A stretch of 63,933 nt of DNA, the filler included, from Octopus bimaculoides (taxonomy: Eukaryota): assembly GCF_001194135.2 (NCBI RefSeq). It is 6 parts of 6 records of this genome, joined end to end, with 100 filler letters (N's around TTAATTAATTAA, not from the genome) between each part and the next. Parts side by side here need not be neighbours in the genome. Positions count along the whole stretch, not along the records: positions 49,180 to 53,156 come from NW_026395658.1; positions 53,257 to 62,211 come from NC_068981.1; positions 62,312 to 63,933 come from NC_069003.1; 3 more parts are not named here. One strand, written 5' to 3'. The notes beneath the pieces were generated by a model. That model was not told where the DNA came from, made no database searches, and was given only the letters and a program-made list of their open reading frames with translations. A program made the position numbers and the translations under genes. Positions 50,931 to 63,933 of the stretch are shown piece by piece (position 1 is the first letter of the stretch; every line of letters begins with the position of its first letter).

Positions 50931-52892
50931 TCCAGTATATGCGTAATGTTAGTGTGCATATATCACAGAGTACAAATCAACGGAAAAGAAATACTGTAAG
51001 AGGAATGAGACTGTACAAGAGAGAAAGCTGTGTTAGTTTGGGTGTGATATGTGGTGCTGCAAAAGGCATAACTTCAATGGCATAACATATCCTAACACGA
51101 GGATAAGATTTTCAGGGGGAGAGATTATGAATGAGAAATAATGCATTAAAAAAGAACCTGTTAGAGTTTGTGTGCGGGAAACAAGCAAAAGTATAATATT
51201 AAAACAAAATATGCAAGTTCTTTCATTCAAGCATTCTTTCCCATAATCAGGGAAAGTACATTGATGATTAAATTTCAATTAAATATAACATATGATCACT
51301 TGTTTTCTTTATTCAAAATTCGGACAGAACTTATGAGATGAACTAATATATGTATATATGTACGTACGTACGTATGTTGCATGCATACATGTGTGGGTGG
51401 GTGTGTATTGTTAAGAAAACTTGAAATTTTACAAAGCAATTTTTTTCAGAATCATAATCTTCGTATTTTTCTACGTATTTCGCAAAAAAAAAAAGAATTC
51501 TGGGAAAAGTGAAAAATAAGGAGGGGGGGGNNNNNNNNNNNNNNNNNNNNNNNNNNNNNNNNNNNNNNNNNNNNNNNNNNNNNNNNNNNNNNNNNNNNNN
51601 NNNNNNNNNNNNNNNNNNNNNNNNNNNNNNNNNNNNNNNNNNNNNNNNNNNNNNNNNNNNNNNNNNNNNNNNNNNNNNNNNNNNNNNNNNNNNNNNNNNN
51701 NNNNNNNNNNNNNNNNNNNNNNNNNNNNNNNNNNNNNNNNNNNNNNNNNNNNNNNNNNNNNNNNNNNNNNNNNNNNNNNNNNNNNNNNNNTTTTGTTCCC
51801 GGTTGAGGATCTTTATATTGACCAAAATAAACGACCATTGCTTTTCTATCCGGTACCCATTTCCCAAAATACGTCGTGTTTCTTGAACGTTGCTAGACAT
51901 CTTGCCACATGACCAAAACTAACCAATGAACATCCAACATTGTTTCCCCCCACTACCACCATTTATTCCTCACTGAGCCAGGAAGGGAAACACTTATCTA
52001 ATACGATTCCAGTGTTGTTTTCAAGATTCTGTTGGTTTCAATGTTTTGTGAACCCAGTTCCATAGACAAGGTACATTAATCCCTTTGTCTTGACGTACAC
52101 CAATAACAGTTGCACACGAAAATCTACAACATTCCTTAGAAGCCAACAACCGACGAAGACAAGCCAAGCTACTCTGCCAATTCAACATCGTTATTATTAT
52201 ATGAGGTATTTTTAAAAAAATGTTATTTCATTTTAATTCATCCGTTTTTTCTTCGAAAATCAATAGATAGAACAACCTACTTGTTATAGATCTGTTGAAT
52301 CACGGCTAATCTGGGACTAAATAACGAGTCCCTGCATCAAATAGTAACTAATTTTGGCACTACTCAATACAGAGGTCCCGGTGCATCTACGTAACGAAAT
52401 TATGCATTAGCACCAGTTTCTTTGGTAATTTTTTACAATTGCACTCACACGCGTTTTGCTAGAAAAAAAATGCGGTTTTGGTTAATGTTTACCGTGTAAT
52501 AATTGTAAACATTAACCGGACGTTTTTTGTGGTTTTGTTTATGTTTGCTTAAATCCTAAGAATGTAGCAGCTTTCGGCTAAACAAAATCCACATCATCAT
52601 TGCATCAAATGTTTTAATGGGGCAAAACATATTGAAAAACCATCCAGGCCTGTTAGAGTAACAAGTAAACTAGGCTGGAACCAGGTATTTGTAGGATGTG
52701 CTAGAAACAACAGCTAAATCGCATATCTTTTCGTCTGAAAATTTTGAAATTCTGAACTACTGAATTGCAGATTTGGGTAATTGTTCACTTTAGTGATATT
52801 AAAAAAGTAAATAAAAATTAAGGGGGGAATAATTAGTCAACTTAATTAAATACTATAGTAAGGTAACCTAGATAATTACAATTTTCGCACAA

Positions 52893-53095
52893 GGCGGCGA
52901 ATTGGCAAAAACGTTAGCAAGCCGGGCGAAATGCTAAGCAGTATTTCGTCTGTCTTTATGTTCTGAGTTGAAATTCCACCGTGGTCGACTTCACCTTTCG
53001 GAGTCGATAAATTAAGCACCAGTTGCGTATTGCGGTTGATCTAATCCACTGCCCCCCACCCCACAAAAGTTTCGGGCCCTCTGTCCACAGCAGAA
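52893..53095 (+). mobile_element. SINE family B
   Basis: GGCGGCGAATTGGCAAAAACGTTAGCAAGCCGGGCGAAATGC... Confidence 0.9.
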
Positions 53096-53523
53096 ATGAA
53101 TTATAATTTTCGTACGTGTATAAATTCGTAATTAGTCGACGCCGTGGAAACCACTANNNNNNNNNNNNNNNNNNNNNNNNNNNNNNNNNNNNNNNNNNNN
53201 TTAATTAATTAANNNNNNNNNNNNNNNNNNNNNNNNNNNNNNNNNNNNNNNNNNNNTAAACAAGCTACGAAAGAGTGACGTCATAAAACACAATTCATAC
53301 ATTCTGGCCACCATCTTAGTATTTGGTTTTTGTTTTATATTGCTGCCTACAAGTGTCGCAAGTCAATGGTGTGGATGACTAGCTGCTTGCTTTCACCTAA
53401 ACACGAAATACGTTTCTGTAAAAATGGGGAAAAAAACAAAAACAAAAAGACAAAAACAATGTCGCAAACGCATCAGAGAAATAGGAATTTGGTCATGACG
53501 TTTTGGCATCTCCCAATGTGACA

Positions 53524-53596
<73 letters not shown>

Positions 53597-53652
53597 AACA
53601 CACACACACACACACACACAAACACAAACACACACACACACACACACAAACA

Positions 53653-53700
<48 letters not shown>

Positions 53701-54084
53701 GAATTTTATAATTGATAAATAATTATATTAGAGAGTACATGAAGTACAAGCTTGCTAGAAATAAGAGTTAAAATACTCAAATAAACCACCAAACTCCCTG
53801 AAAATCATAACCGACCAACAGAAATCGGGCAAACGAGCAGAGAAAAATTTACATTTTAACTCAGCTGAAAGCTGTAGAATTAGGTAATAGATATACCTGT
53901 ATTATGATTTCGAATTCTGGATTACTCCTCAATTCTCTTCAGCTGGTCTTACTCAGTGTTAAAATCCTACTCGCCTCATTGTGTTCGTTAAGCCTTGAAC
54001 AGGCTCGCGCCAAATTCAAAACAATTTCAGTGCATAAATTCATTTTAAATGAGTAAATATTCGAATGAATATTCATATAGATAC

Positions 54085-54107
54085 TATTATTATTATTATT
54101 ATTATTA

Positions 54108-54162
<55 letters not shown>

Positions 54163-54163
54163 A

Positions 54164-54240
<77 letters not shown>

Positions 54241-54260
54241 GCAGCAGCAGCAGCAGCAGT
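54085..54260. repeat. (ATT)n followed by (GCA)n microsatellite
   Basis: Direct reading. Confidence 0.95.
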
Positions 54261-54262
54261 GA

Positions 54263-54930
54263 GACAGCGAGCTAGCAGAATCGTTAGCACGCTGAACGAA
54301 ATGCTTTAGCAGTATTTCACCCATCGCTACGTTCTGAGTTCAAATTCTGCCGAGGTCGATTTTGCCTTTCATCCTTTCGGGGTCGATAAATTAAGTACCA
54401 GCGAAACACTGGGGGTCGATGTAATCGACTAGTCCCCCTCCCCCAAATTTGAGGACTTGTGCCTCCAGTAGAAAGGATTATTATCATTAGCAGTAAATAT
54501 AGGCGCGGGAGAGGCTGTGTGGTAAGTAGCTTGCTTACCAACCACATGGTTCTGGGTTCAGTCCCACTGCGTGACACATTGGGCAAGTGTTTTCTACTAT
54601 AGCCTTGGGTCGACCAAAGGACGAAATGCTGTTAAGTATTGTCCCCGGGGTGCTTACGATTCTGTCGTCTTTATACGATGGAGAAATAAAAATGTTGCAA
54701 GAAGTTAAAACGATCTTTTTGTGAACCACGTGTAATAATGATCACAAATTTTGGCACGAAGCCAGCAATTTCGGGGGGTGGGGGTGGGGGGCTAAGTTGA
54801 TTACATCAACTCCAGTTCTCAACTGGTACTCATTTTATGGACCCCGAAAAGATGAAAGGCAAAGTTGACCTCAGCGGAATTTGAACTCATAACGTAAAGA
54901 TAGATGAAATGCTGCTGAGCATTTTGCCCG
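54263..54930. mobile_element. SINE cluster: B (+, 54263-54486), A head (+, 54501-54620), B (-, 54744-54930)
   Basis: Family motifs as described for other copies. Confidence 0.85.
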
Positions 54931-55440
54931 GAGCATTTTGCCTTAACCACGCGTAATAATAAATAAATGCGCAAAACACTCAAAGATGTAATCATTTTAA
55001 TTCAACGAGGATTGGAATGTTAGTGGTGGGGTTACCAATGGTGTTCATTATTTTGATGCATGTAAATTAGTTACATTGACATACGGTGTAAAGATAAAAA
55101 AACAAATGGAAAATATATTGACTTAACAACTAAAAATATCAAAGCGGAGCGCAACGGGCAAAAAAATTCCTTTTAGTTATTGTTCTAGCTATTTTTGCAT
55201 ACTCAGCTCATATCCAGCAAGGTCGACTTTGTCTTCGATCTTTCTTAACACCGACTTCCCTCATTAATTTACGAGCAGGAACTTCAACTTCCCGCGGCCG
55301 CCATCCTAGTTTACTGGTATCTTGCAGATGTGTACCCTGCACAGAACAATATCAATAAACTTGTATCTTTCATACTAATGTATACAGGCACCTGTATTTT
55401 TAAGTAAAATTTAATATTTGTTTAATTTAGAGTGTGTTGT

Positions 55441-55655
55441 AGGCCGGTGAGCTGGCAGAATCGTTGGCACGCCGAGCAAAATGCTTAGCGGCATTTTCCT
55501 TTACGTTCTGAGTTCTAATTCCGCCTTTCATCCTTTCGGGATCGATAAAATTGCCTGCTATCCTTTCGGGGATCGATAAAATAAGTACCAGTTGAGCACT
55601 GGGATTGATGTATTCGACTTACACTCATATTGGCCTTGTGCCAAAATTTGAAAGC
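55441..55655 (+). mobile_element. SINE family B with internal duplication
   Basis: ATCCTTTCGGG(G)ATCGATAAAAT occurs twice. Confidence 0.85.
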
Positions 55656-57547
55656 AATTAGAGTATGTTGACCAAGCGGACGACACTTGGTTCGGGAAGA
55701 TCAGTTAGCAAGAAAGGCTTTCGAACCAAAAGTTCCGGAAAATCGATGTTGTTAGTATCAGACAAGTATTAGGACAATTTTCCCCCACCTCTCTCTCTTA
55801 AAATTGTTTACGTTGCATCGTGGCGAATCACTAACAGTGTCCCTTGCCTTTAAGAGATTGGACAAGTGCGGAACTCGAAGGCAGCATGCTAACAAACAGT
55901 CTTAAGATATCAGAGGCAATCGATGGACGTGGATAAACTAATAAATTGTATTGACGGCACAGGACAATTTTAAAATAATTAACTAAAAAACACAAAGTCG
56001 ATTTTCGCTCAGCATGCGGTGCTTGCTACTGATAAAACTCAAAGAAACAAAAATTTGGATTTAGCTATGTCACGGCCGCTGCTAGATGAATTTCATCTAT
56101 GGCTGATATAATTCTTTTTTTTTTTTTACACTATACGTCTATAAGAGATGTTCTCTCGAGACAAATAGTTCAATTTAGAAGGTTTTCAACAGTGTATATG
56201 CTTTAAGTATAATATACAGATTGTTAATATGAACTAACACCACTTCTGCTGCAAATAACGAAAATCATCAGTTGAACGTAGGTTTTTNNNNNNNNNNNNN
56301 NNNNNNNNNNNNNNNNNNNNNNNNNNNNNNNNNNNNNNNNNNNNNNNNNNNNNNNNNNNNNNNNNNNNNNNNNNNNNNNNNNNNNNNNNNNNNNNNNNNN
56401 NNNNNNNNNNNNNNNNNNNNNNNNNNNNNNNNNNNNNNNNNNNNNNNNNNNNNNNNNNNNNNNNNNNNNNNNNNNNNNNNNNNNNNNNNNNNNNNNNNNN
56501 NNNNNNNNNNNNNNNNNNNNNNNNNNNNNNNNNNNNNNNNNNNNNNNNNNNNNNNNNNNNNNNNNNNNNNNNNNNNNNNNNNNNNNNNNNNNNNNNNNNN
56601 ATATATATATATATGTATACATATGTGTGTGTGTGTGTGTGTATATATTTAACAATAAACATATATATATCTAGAGAGAGAGTGTTTGTGTGCATAAGTG
56701 CGCGCGCGTGAATAAATGCGCACAGCAGAATTGGGTTGACTACTCAGTCTTAATTTGTGAAGTTTCAAACATATTTGATAAAACTTATTGCGACACGGGA
56801 AGAAAATGTGGTCTGCTTTCTGCTTATAAAGCGAAATGCCTCATCTCAACCTATCAAACTAGACAAGACACAGCTGTTAGCATGGTTCAGTACTCTATGG
56901 GTTTTTTTTTCTCGTACACAAAAATACGGAATGTTTCAGAAAGACATCATACGTAATGATACATCTAACTCTCAACTCACTGTTTCACTGTTCATTGTTA
57001 AGTCAGGATCTATTCAGGCGTGTATAAACCTATTTTCTTTCTTTTATAAAGAACTATGATTGTCCAATCGCCAGTCTAATCACAGAAGAAAATCAAAACT
57101 GTTCTAAGAGATGCTGTCTTTGTTCCCGATTGGTTTGATGAGATGTATAAGTTTGATTAGAACTTCGTCAATTTGAACTTTGTCGATATATTTCTATCAG
57201 TCGTAATCTATCTCTCTGTTTGCCTATCTAACTAAATAAATTATGTCCCTCTCCAAAAGATGGATTTTAATTATCCCCCCTGCCATATAGAAAGAGTTTT
57301 CTTCTAATCTTTCTATAAATTAAATTTCCGATACAAAACAAACCTAATCTGTAACAAAAAATGTATGTGTCTGTGGAAATACACGCATATAAACAAGCAT
57401 AGAGAGGGGGAAAGAGAAATATGTGTGTGTGTGTGTGGGGGGGGGAGGAAGTTGCAAATCAAACCGGAAGTTATGTCACAGACGGACAGATTTCACGAAA
57501 ATTATAACGCTTTATATTTACACACACACACATGGTTACTCCACATA

Positions 57548-57786
57548 ACTCCGTAGAGAGCATAGGGCCGGGCCAGTTTTTCGGTTTCTCTGGTGTATAT
57601 ATATATTCCGCTCTGAATGGGGTGCTGGTCTGTTGCAGGATTATTAATTTTTACCAGCTGAGTGGACTGGAGTAACGTAAAATGAAGTTCTTGATTATAC
57701 AACCCATCACCCGGTCCAGGAATCGAAATCCTAATCTTACGATCATGAGTCCAACGCTCTAACCACCAAGTCACGCGCCTCCACAT
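57548..57786 (-). mobile_element. tRNA-derived SINE family D
   Basis: TGGAGGCGCGTGACTTGGTGGTTAGAGCG...GATTTCGATTCC head and CTCCAGTCCACTCAGCTG central motif. Confidence 0.8.
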
Positions 57787-58379
57787 ATACATACGTAGTA
57801 GGATACAATTAAAAAACACTCCAGATGGATGGGTAGATAGAGATAGAGAGATAGAAAGAGAGAGAACGAGAGAGAAAAAAGAAGACAGAACGAAAGAGAG
57901 GAAGAGAGCGAGTGAGAGAGAGAGAGAGCGAGAAAGAGAGAAGGGGAGTAAGGAAGAGCGTGAAGGCGAAAGTGGGAATGAGAGAACAAACTTATATGTT
58001 CTACGATCATTAAAGTGCAACGGCCTCCACAATAACCAGCCTTCAATTTGATTTTCCGTTCCTAGGTTAATCGGAAACATAGATTGCTGTGCTACTCATA
58101 AACCTCGATAGTTCAATTATTTGGTGAAAAAATACCATCAAAGCAACTTAAACCGTCCAAAGGACGGGTGCGTTTACTAGTATATGATATAATAAAGTTG
58201 CTGATGTATGTTACGAAAAATCTAACAAGTACCATCGTTTGGTAGCAGGCTGTCAGCAGTTTTTGAATTAATGGACGGAGCTTCCACCAAGTTTAAATTG
58301 TTAAACTTGGGAATTTACATCATGAGTAAACATGCGCGGACAAACATAAATACACACACAAAGGTATGCATGTACAAAC

Positions 58380-58467
<88 letters not shown>

Positions 58468-58959
58468 NNNNNNNNNNNNNNNNNNNNNNNNNNNNNNNNN
58501 NNNNNNNNNNNNNNNNNNNNNNNNNNNNNNNNNNNNNNNNNNNNNNNNNNNNNNNNNNNNNNNNNNNNNNNNNNNNNNNNNNNNNNNNNNNNNNNNNNNN
58601 NNNNNNNNNNNNNNNNNNNNNNNNNNNTATATATATATATATATATATATATCGCAGACACACACACGCGCACTCATATGCACGCGCGCGTCTGCCACAT
58701 GAATACACTATCATTCACTCATTCACGAAGAGAAATTAAGATGAAACGGGAGTTGCCACCGCGTATTAAGTATTTAATTCATCAGCTCAACAGAATGAGA
58801 ACAAAGTATTTACAACATCTGAATTATTGCTGTGCAATGAATGATTCTTGTCAAAGATATACAGAAACATTTATTGATGGGTGTAGGTACAATGCGTAAT
58901 ATTTACTGCATTTTTGATTTACGAAAACTATCTCAGCTAAGCAATTCACCTTCTCTGAA

Positions 58960-59272
58960 TGTGAGTGTTTATTGAGCGAAAACACCTAAGCTCCACGAGG
59001 CTCCAGCAGGGGATGGTGGCGAACCCTGCTGTACTCTTTCACCACAACTTTCTCTCACTCTTACTTCCTGTTTCTGTTGTGCCCGTAATTCAAAGGGTTA
59101 GCCTTGTCACACTGTGTCACGCTGAATATCCCCAAAAACTATGTTAAGGGTACACGTGTCTGTGGAGTGCTCAGCCACTTGCACGTTAATTTCACGAGCA
59201 GGCTGTTCCATTGATCGGATCGACTGGAACCCTCGACGTCGTAAGCAACGGAGTGCCAACAACAACAACAAC
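58960..59272 (+). mobile_element. SINE family C, 5'-truncated
   Basis: Matches 10754-11057; (AAC)n tail. Confidence 0.9.
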
Positions 59273-60160
59273 AATGTATGTATGTATGTATGTATGTATG
59301 TATGTATGTATGTATGTATGTATGTATTAAGTATTAGTGCAGGTGTGCATTCACGAGTTTCCATGTATATGTATGTGCACTTTTGCCTCAGATGCGAGTG
59401 TCTGACTTCATGCATCATATTGTTTCTTCATATTATTATTTCAGTCTCATATTTTCAAATTATTTTGTCAGAATTTTGCAAAAGTTACGGTTTGTTATGC
59501 ACCTAAAAGTAAAATTATTCTTATTTTTAATTGGTTGTACTCGTGAAAATTTACTTCCAGCATCCTTCCCGCCTTCCATTCCCATCCCACACAAAACTAA
59601 AATAACACAAGACACAAAAAATCCCGAGACCAAACACACACACACAAAATCAAACAACAACAAAATTAATAACTCGATTGACAATAAAGCTACTGACTGT
59701 TCGAACGAAGAAGTTAGATCTATAAAACATATGCTCAAAACAAGCAGAGAAAAAATGAAGAGAAAAGAAAAGAAAACGGGATAAAACAAAATGTAGAACT
59801 AAAACAAGAGAGTGAATTACAAAGAGAACAGAATCCCACAGACAAAATAAAAAAAATAAAAAATGCCTGACAGAATAAGACAATAAGACAGAAACTCAGA
59901 CACTATACAGTGAATGCAGATCAACGTTGATATGGATTTCTGCGAAAATTTTGTGTTTTCTTTTCTGAAGGAAGCAAATATTGTCGATTAAAAGCAAAGC
60001 AGAAAATTAAAAAGATGAAAATAGTAAAAAGTAAAGTCAATATGTTACTAGTTTCATCGACAATAACGGCTGAAAGTTGTAATCGACTATTGTAATGTGG
60101 TAGTAGGGTGTTGTAGTTAGAAAGAAGCTAACAAAGTGAATAATATATAAATATATATAT

Positions 60161-60580
60161 ATATTCTTTTATTCTTTTATCTGTTTCAGTCATTTGACTG
60201 CAGCCTTGCTGGAGCACCGTCTTTTAGTCGAACAAATCGACCCCAAGACTTATTATTTGTAAGCTTGGTACTTATTATATCGGTCTTTTTTGCCGAACAA
60301 GTTACGGGGACATAAACACAGACACAAACAACAAACACATACATACATATATATATACGACGAGCTTCTTTCAGTTTCCGTCAACCAAATCTACTCACAA
60401 GGCTTTGGTCGGCTCGAGGCTTTGCTAGAAGACACTTGCTAGAGTAGATGACACTTACTTTTATTTGTTTGTCATTTGACTGCGGCCGTGATGGGGCACT
60501 GCCTTGAAGAGATCTTAGTCGAACAAATCGACTCCAGTACATTTTTAAGCCTGGCATTTTGTATATCGGTCCCTTTTGCC
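60161..60580 (-). mobile_element. SINE family A (bipartite) plus an extra 3' module
   Basis: 60161-60437 and 60445-60580 match the reverse complement of family A. Confidence 0.85.
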
Positions 60581-60829
60581 GAGAAAGTAATAATATTGAT
60601 TGAATTTTATAGATTTATTTTATATAAACACAGACGGGATTGTTATTTACTTTTGGTGGAAGTAGGGAGAGTCAATTACATTCAACTTGCTTAGTGTTTA
60701 TTTAACAACCTCGTTAAGGTTTGAACTGTAAACATAAAGGGCTATTACTAAATACTATAAAGCACTTTGTTCAACGTTCTAACGCGGTGGCTACCAACAT
60801 TTGTGCCTTCTCAACACATTCTGAATGCA

Positions 60830-61970
60830 ACTCAATGATCTCTAGTACTTATTTTTGCGGATCCTCAGGGATCAGTGTTTCTGCTGCTCTATAGTGTCTT
60901 TCAGTCTGCCTTCCCAATGGAGAGTGTTGATGCTAAAAGATACATATCAAAGAGCCCCAATAATTACAGGTACAAACCTGAACTTGTAATCTGGGTAGAG
61001 TGACCGTAAATTTCTCAATAGTTCAGTGTAGGAATTTTCTTTTTCGTTGAACTTTAGCTGTTTGTTAACATCTGCTGGGCAGCTGATTTCTACTACTGTA
61101 CACAGTTTCTCTTCTCCATCCCAAATCGCAAAGCCAGGTCTATTGGGTTTACATTTTATTGAGGTTTTCATTGGGACATTCTACCGGTACTCCTTATTAT
61201 GAGTGGCTATAGCTTCTACCATACTGTGGGTTCTTTTTCTTTGCAGTCAGTATGCATGCATGCATGCATGCATGTATGTATGTATGTCTCTTTTATTTTT
61301 TAATTATTATAATCTTCCACTGAAGAGGGAGCCGGCTTCCAACAAAGATACAAAGCTCCATTTTTGGGATGTAGTTAACACAGACAAATTCACATTTGGA
61401 ACTTGAGAAAAGTCTTGCATATTTTAATTGTTCACTCTCAGATTGCACTTGTATGAATTAGCCAGTCGATTTCTCTTTCTGAAAATCCCAGTTTCTCCAG
61501 ATTCTCCATTAAGCATTTACTAACAAAACCTAGTGCTCCAATTATTATTGGTATGAATATGAATTCGTAGTCTAGATATAGAAGCTGGAGGTTTCGAAGC
61601 AGTTGTCCATAGATATCCTCTGTGATGGTACATACCTTTGCCCCTCTGTCCTAAACAACAATATCCGTCCTGTTATGTTTACATTTGACAGAAGTTTTGA
61701 TGAGAATATTCCATTAGTATTCCTTGATTTGGTGTTTATGAATGTATTCCATAAGAGGGATTTTTAAAGTATATTTCAGGACAGTCTTTTTTGCGGGTAG
61801 CATTGTAAATTGTTTTAGCAACAACATCGTGCTGCATAAGGAGGTAGTATCGTGACATTTTAGGACAGTTGCAAATCACATGCGTGATGTCTTCCACAAA
61901 GACATGACATAGCCTACACATGCAGTTGCACCTTGGGATTACAAGAGCGTCACTGTCTCTCGTGTTCACC
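60830..61970 (-). mobile_element. Two tandem 3' fragments of R4-like (RLE) LINEs
   Basis: 61970-61290: CRLCHVFVEDITHVICNC, KTSVKCKHNRTD, IPIIIGALG. 61171-60830: KTSIKCKPNRP...EISCPAD...VPVIIGAL. Confidence 0.85.
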
Positions 61971-61984
61971 AGGTACTTTGTGTG

Positions 61985-62018
<34 letters not shown>

Positions 62019-62311
62019 TGTCGCTACCTTAAACCTTTTGTCAAGGGCATTAGCGTCATGAGCAAAAACATTTCCAGCAGGTAATTGAAACCAGCCAGAA
62101 AATTCATTTCATCGGCCACTCACCACTGCCTTGTAATGAGACACACATACACGCTCGCGCACGCAAACACACACAGACACACGCAAACACACACACACAC
62201 ACACACACACANNNNNNNNNNNNNNNNNNNNNNNNNNNNNNNNNNNNNNNNNNNNTTAATTAATTAANNNNNNNNNNNNNNNNNNNNNNNNNNNNNNNNN
62301 NNNNNNNNNNN

Positions 62312-62363
<52 letters not shown>

Positions 62364-62479
62364 ATATTATTATTATTATATAAGGAGAAAAACAATTAGT
62401 TTTTAATCTCTGAGCAAGAAATAAGTAGTAAAAGTATTACAGACTAAAGTCTATTTGCTAACGTATATATGTTTGTGTA

Positions 62480-62685
62480 TCTATGTTTGCCCCCCCCCCC
62501 TCCATCATCGCTTGAAAACTGATGCTGGTGTGTTTACGTCTCTTTAAAATAGCGGTTCGGCAAAATAGACCGATAGAATAAGTACTAGGCTTACAAAGAA
62601 TCAGTCCTGGTGTCGATTTTCTCGACTAAAGGTGGTGCTCCAGTATGGCCGGAGTCAAATGACAGAAACAAATATAAGAATAGAA
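62480..62685 (+). mobile_element. SINE family A 3' module
   Basis: CATCGCTTGAAAACTGATGCTGGTGTGTTTACGTC...GGTGCTCCAG. Confidence 0.85.
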
Positions 62686-62899
62686 ATCCATATAGATCTA
62701 TCTGTCCGTACACAGACACACATACTTAAACACACACGCATATACCTGTATGCATAACTTAAAGGTATAACAGAAAATAATTTTGAGATACCGTGTAATT
62801 GAAATTCGATCAAAATAGTTGAACGCCCTCTGGTGTATTAATATTTAAACGGACAAATTTATTACAACGAAAATTCTTGTTCATGAAATTGCGTTTCGG

Positions 62900-63090
62900 T
62901 GAAAATATCCAGTGTAAATTCTTTGGGAGCCGTCTTCGAAACCTGTTAATTATTTCCTCCGTTTATCCCGGACATCATGTGTAGCTAATGTTTCGAAGAA
63001 GCTGAAGGATATTGGAATTGAGACCTGCGTTGCCGACCTGCAGAAAGGTGCCATCTTGTATTCTGCAACAAGGAATCTTAAGCGAGATCG
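62900..63090 (+). pseudogene. RLE-LINE C-terminal remnant
   Basis: NSLGAV...KLKDIGIETCVADLQKGAILYSATRNLKR resembles the ...LQKAALLGTARILR ending. Confidence 0.4.
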
Positions 63091-63169
63091 TTGTAGAGAT
63101 TCGAGAAGACTTGTCATCAACACTCAAGATGATATCTCTGCTAACTAAATTAGCATCTAATAGCTTTTT

Positions 63170-63284
63170 CTATAACAATAATAATAATTACAATAATAAT
63201 AATAATAATGATAATAATAATGTAATGATAATGAAGACGATGATGATAATAACAGTAGTAGTAGTGATGAGAACGAAGATGATA

Positions 63285-63328
<44 letters not shown>

Positions 63329-63395
63329 AATGATGATGATGATAATGATGATGATAATGATGATGATGATAATGATGATGATGATAATAATAATG

Positions 63396-63457
<62 letters not shown>

Positions 63458-63736
63458 TATAATAATAATAATAATAATAATAATGATAATAGTAATAATG
63501 ATAATAGTAATAATAAAACGAATAAATAGATGAAACAAACTAGTGATCTTTATGAAGAAGATGAATGGAAAGAAGACGAAAATGAAAGACAAATGAAATA
63601 ATAAAAAATGGTGTACAAAGGAAAAGAAAAATGAAAAGATGGAAGAGAATGAATATGAAGTATACACGAACTGAGAATTTCCAAAACAGATGAAAAAGAA
63701 TGCAAGAAGAAGGAGGGGAAGGGGAAGGAGGAGGAA

Positions 63737-63780
<44 letters not shown>

Positions 63781-63933
63781 TATGATAATGATAATAATAA
63801 TAATGATAATAATAATAATAATAAGAAGAAGAAGAAGAAGAAAGAGAAGAAGTGTAGAAGAAATGAAGATGGGGAGGAGGAGGAGGAGGAGGAGGAGAAG
63901 GAGAAGGATGAATAAAGGAGGAGGAAGAAAAGA
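63170..63933. repeat. (AAT)n/(ATG)n/(GAG)n compound microsatellite region
   Basis: Direct reading; poly-M/I/N ORFs are artefacts. Confidence 0.95.

Noticed and set aside
57340-57520. Possible Helitron 5' end on the minus strand (AAAGCGTTATAA...TCTGTCCGTCTGT)
   Set aside because: No matching 3' hairpin/CTAG end found.
61318-61370. CTGAAGA followed by hairpin GGGAGCCGGCTTCC
   Set aside because: No GAAA or NUH/stem I partner follows; it is the antisense of the R4-like LINE 3' UTR.
63012-63915. Poly-M/I/N/E ORFs
   Set aside because: Trinucleotide microsatellite artefacts.

Overview
AT-rich, microsatellite-dense eukaryotic draft-assembly window with many N gaps. It is very likely a coleoid cephalopod (Octopus); this is inferred from recalled octopus SINE families and the PYHCDICGKSFS-type C2H2 finger. 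Most of it is intergenic or intronic DNA packed with decayed transposons: two mariners, a Tc1 fragment, R4/Dong-like, Tx1/L1-like, I-clade and RTE LINE remnants, a Helitron-like element, and at least four tRNA-derived SINE families. Host coding sequence is scarce: the 3' part of a tandem C2H2 zinc-finger gene (49181-49615, missing from the ORF track) and an unrecognised 205-aa, ~4-TM ORF (28793-29410). The most striking signal is a set of minimal type I hammerhead ribozyme (HHR) motifs in several unrelated repeat families. Three have an intact catalytic core (43569-43609 +, 44429-44463 -, 48899-48984 -). Degenerate copies occur at 1019, 3256, 3586, 22027, 22519 and 35930. One family appears to be a tRNA-headed SINE carrying an HHR, inserted as a foldback with a 12-bp TSD, which suggests Penelope-like (PLE) mobilisation. 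All calls were made by eye; no searches or folding software were run.
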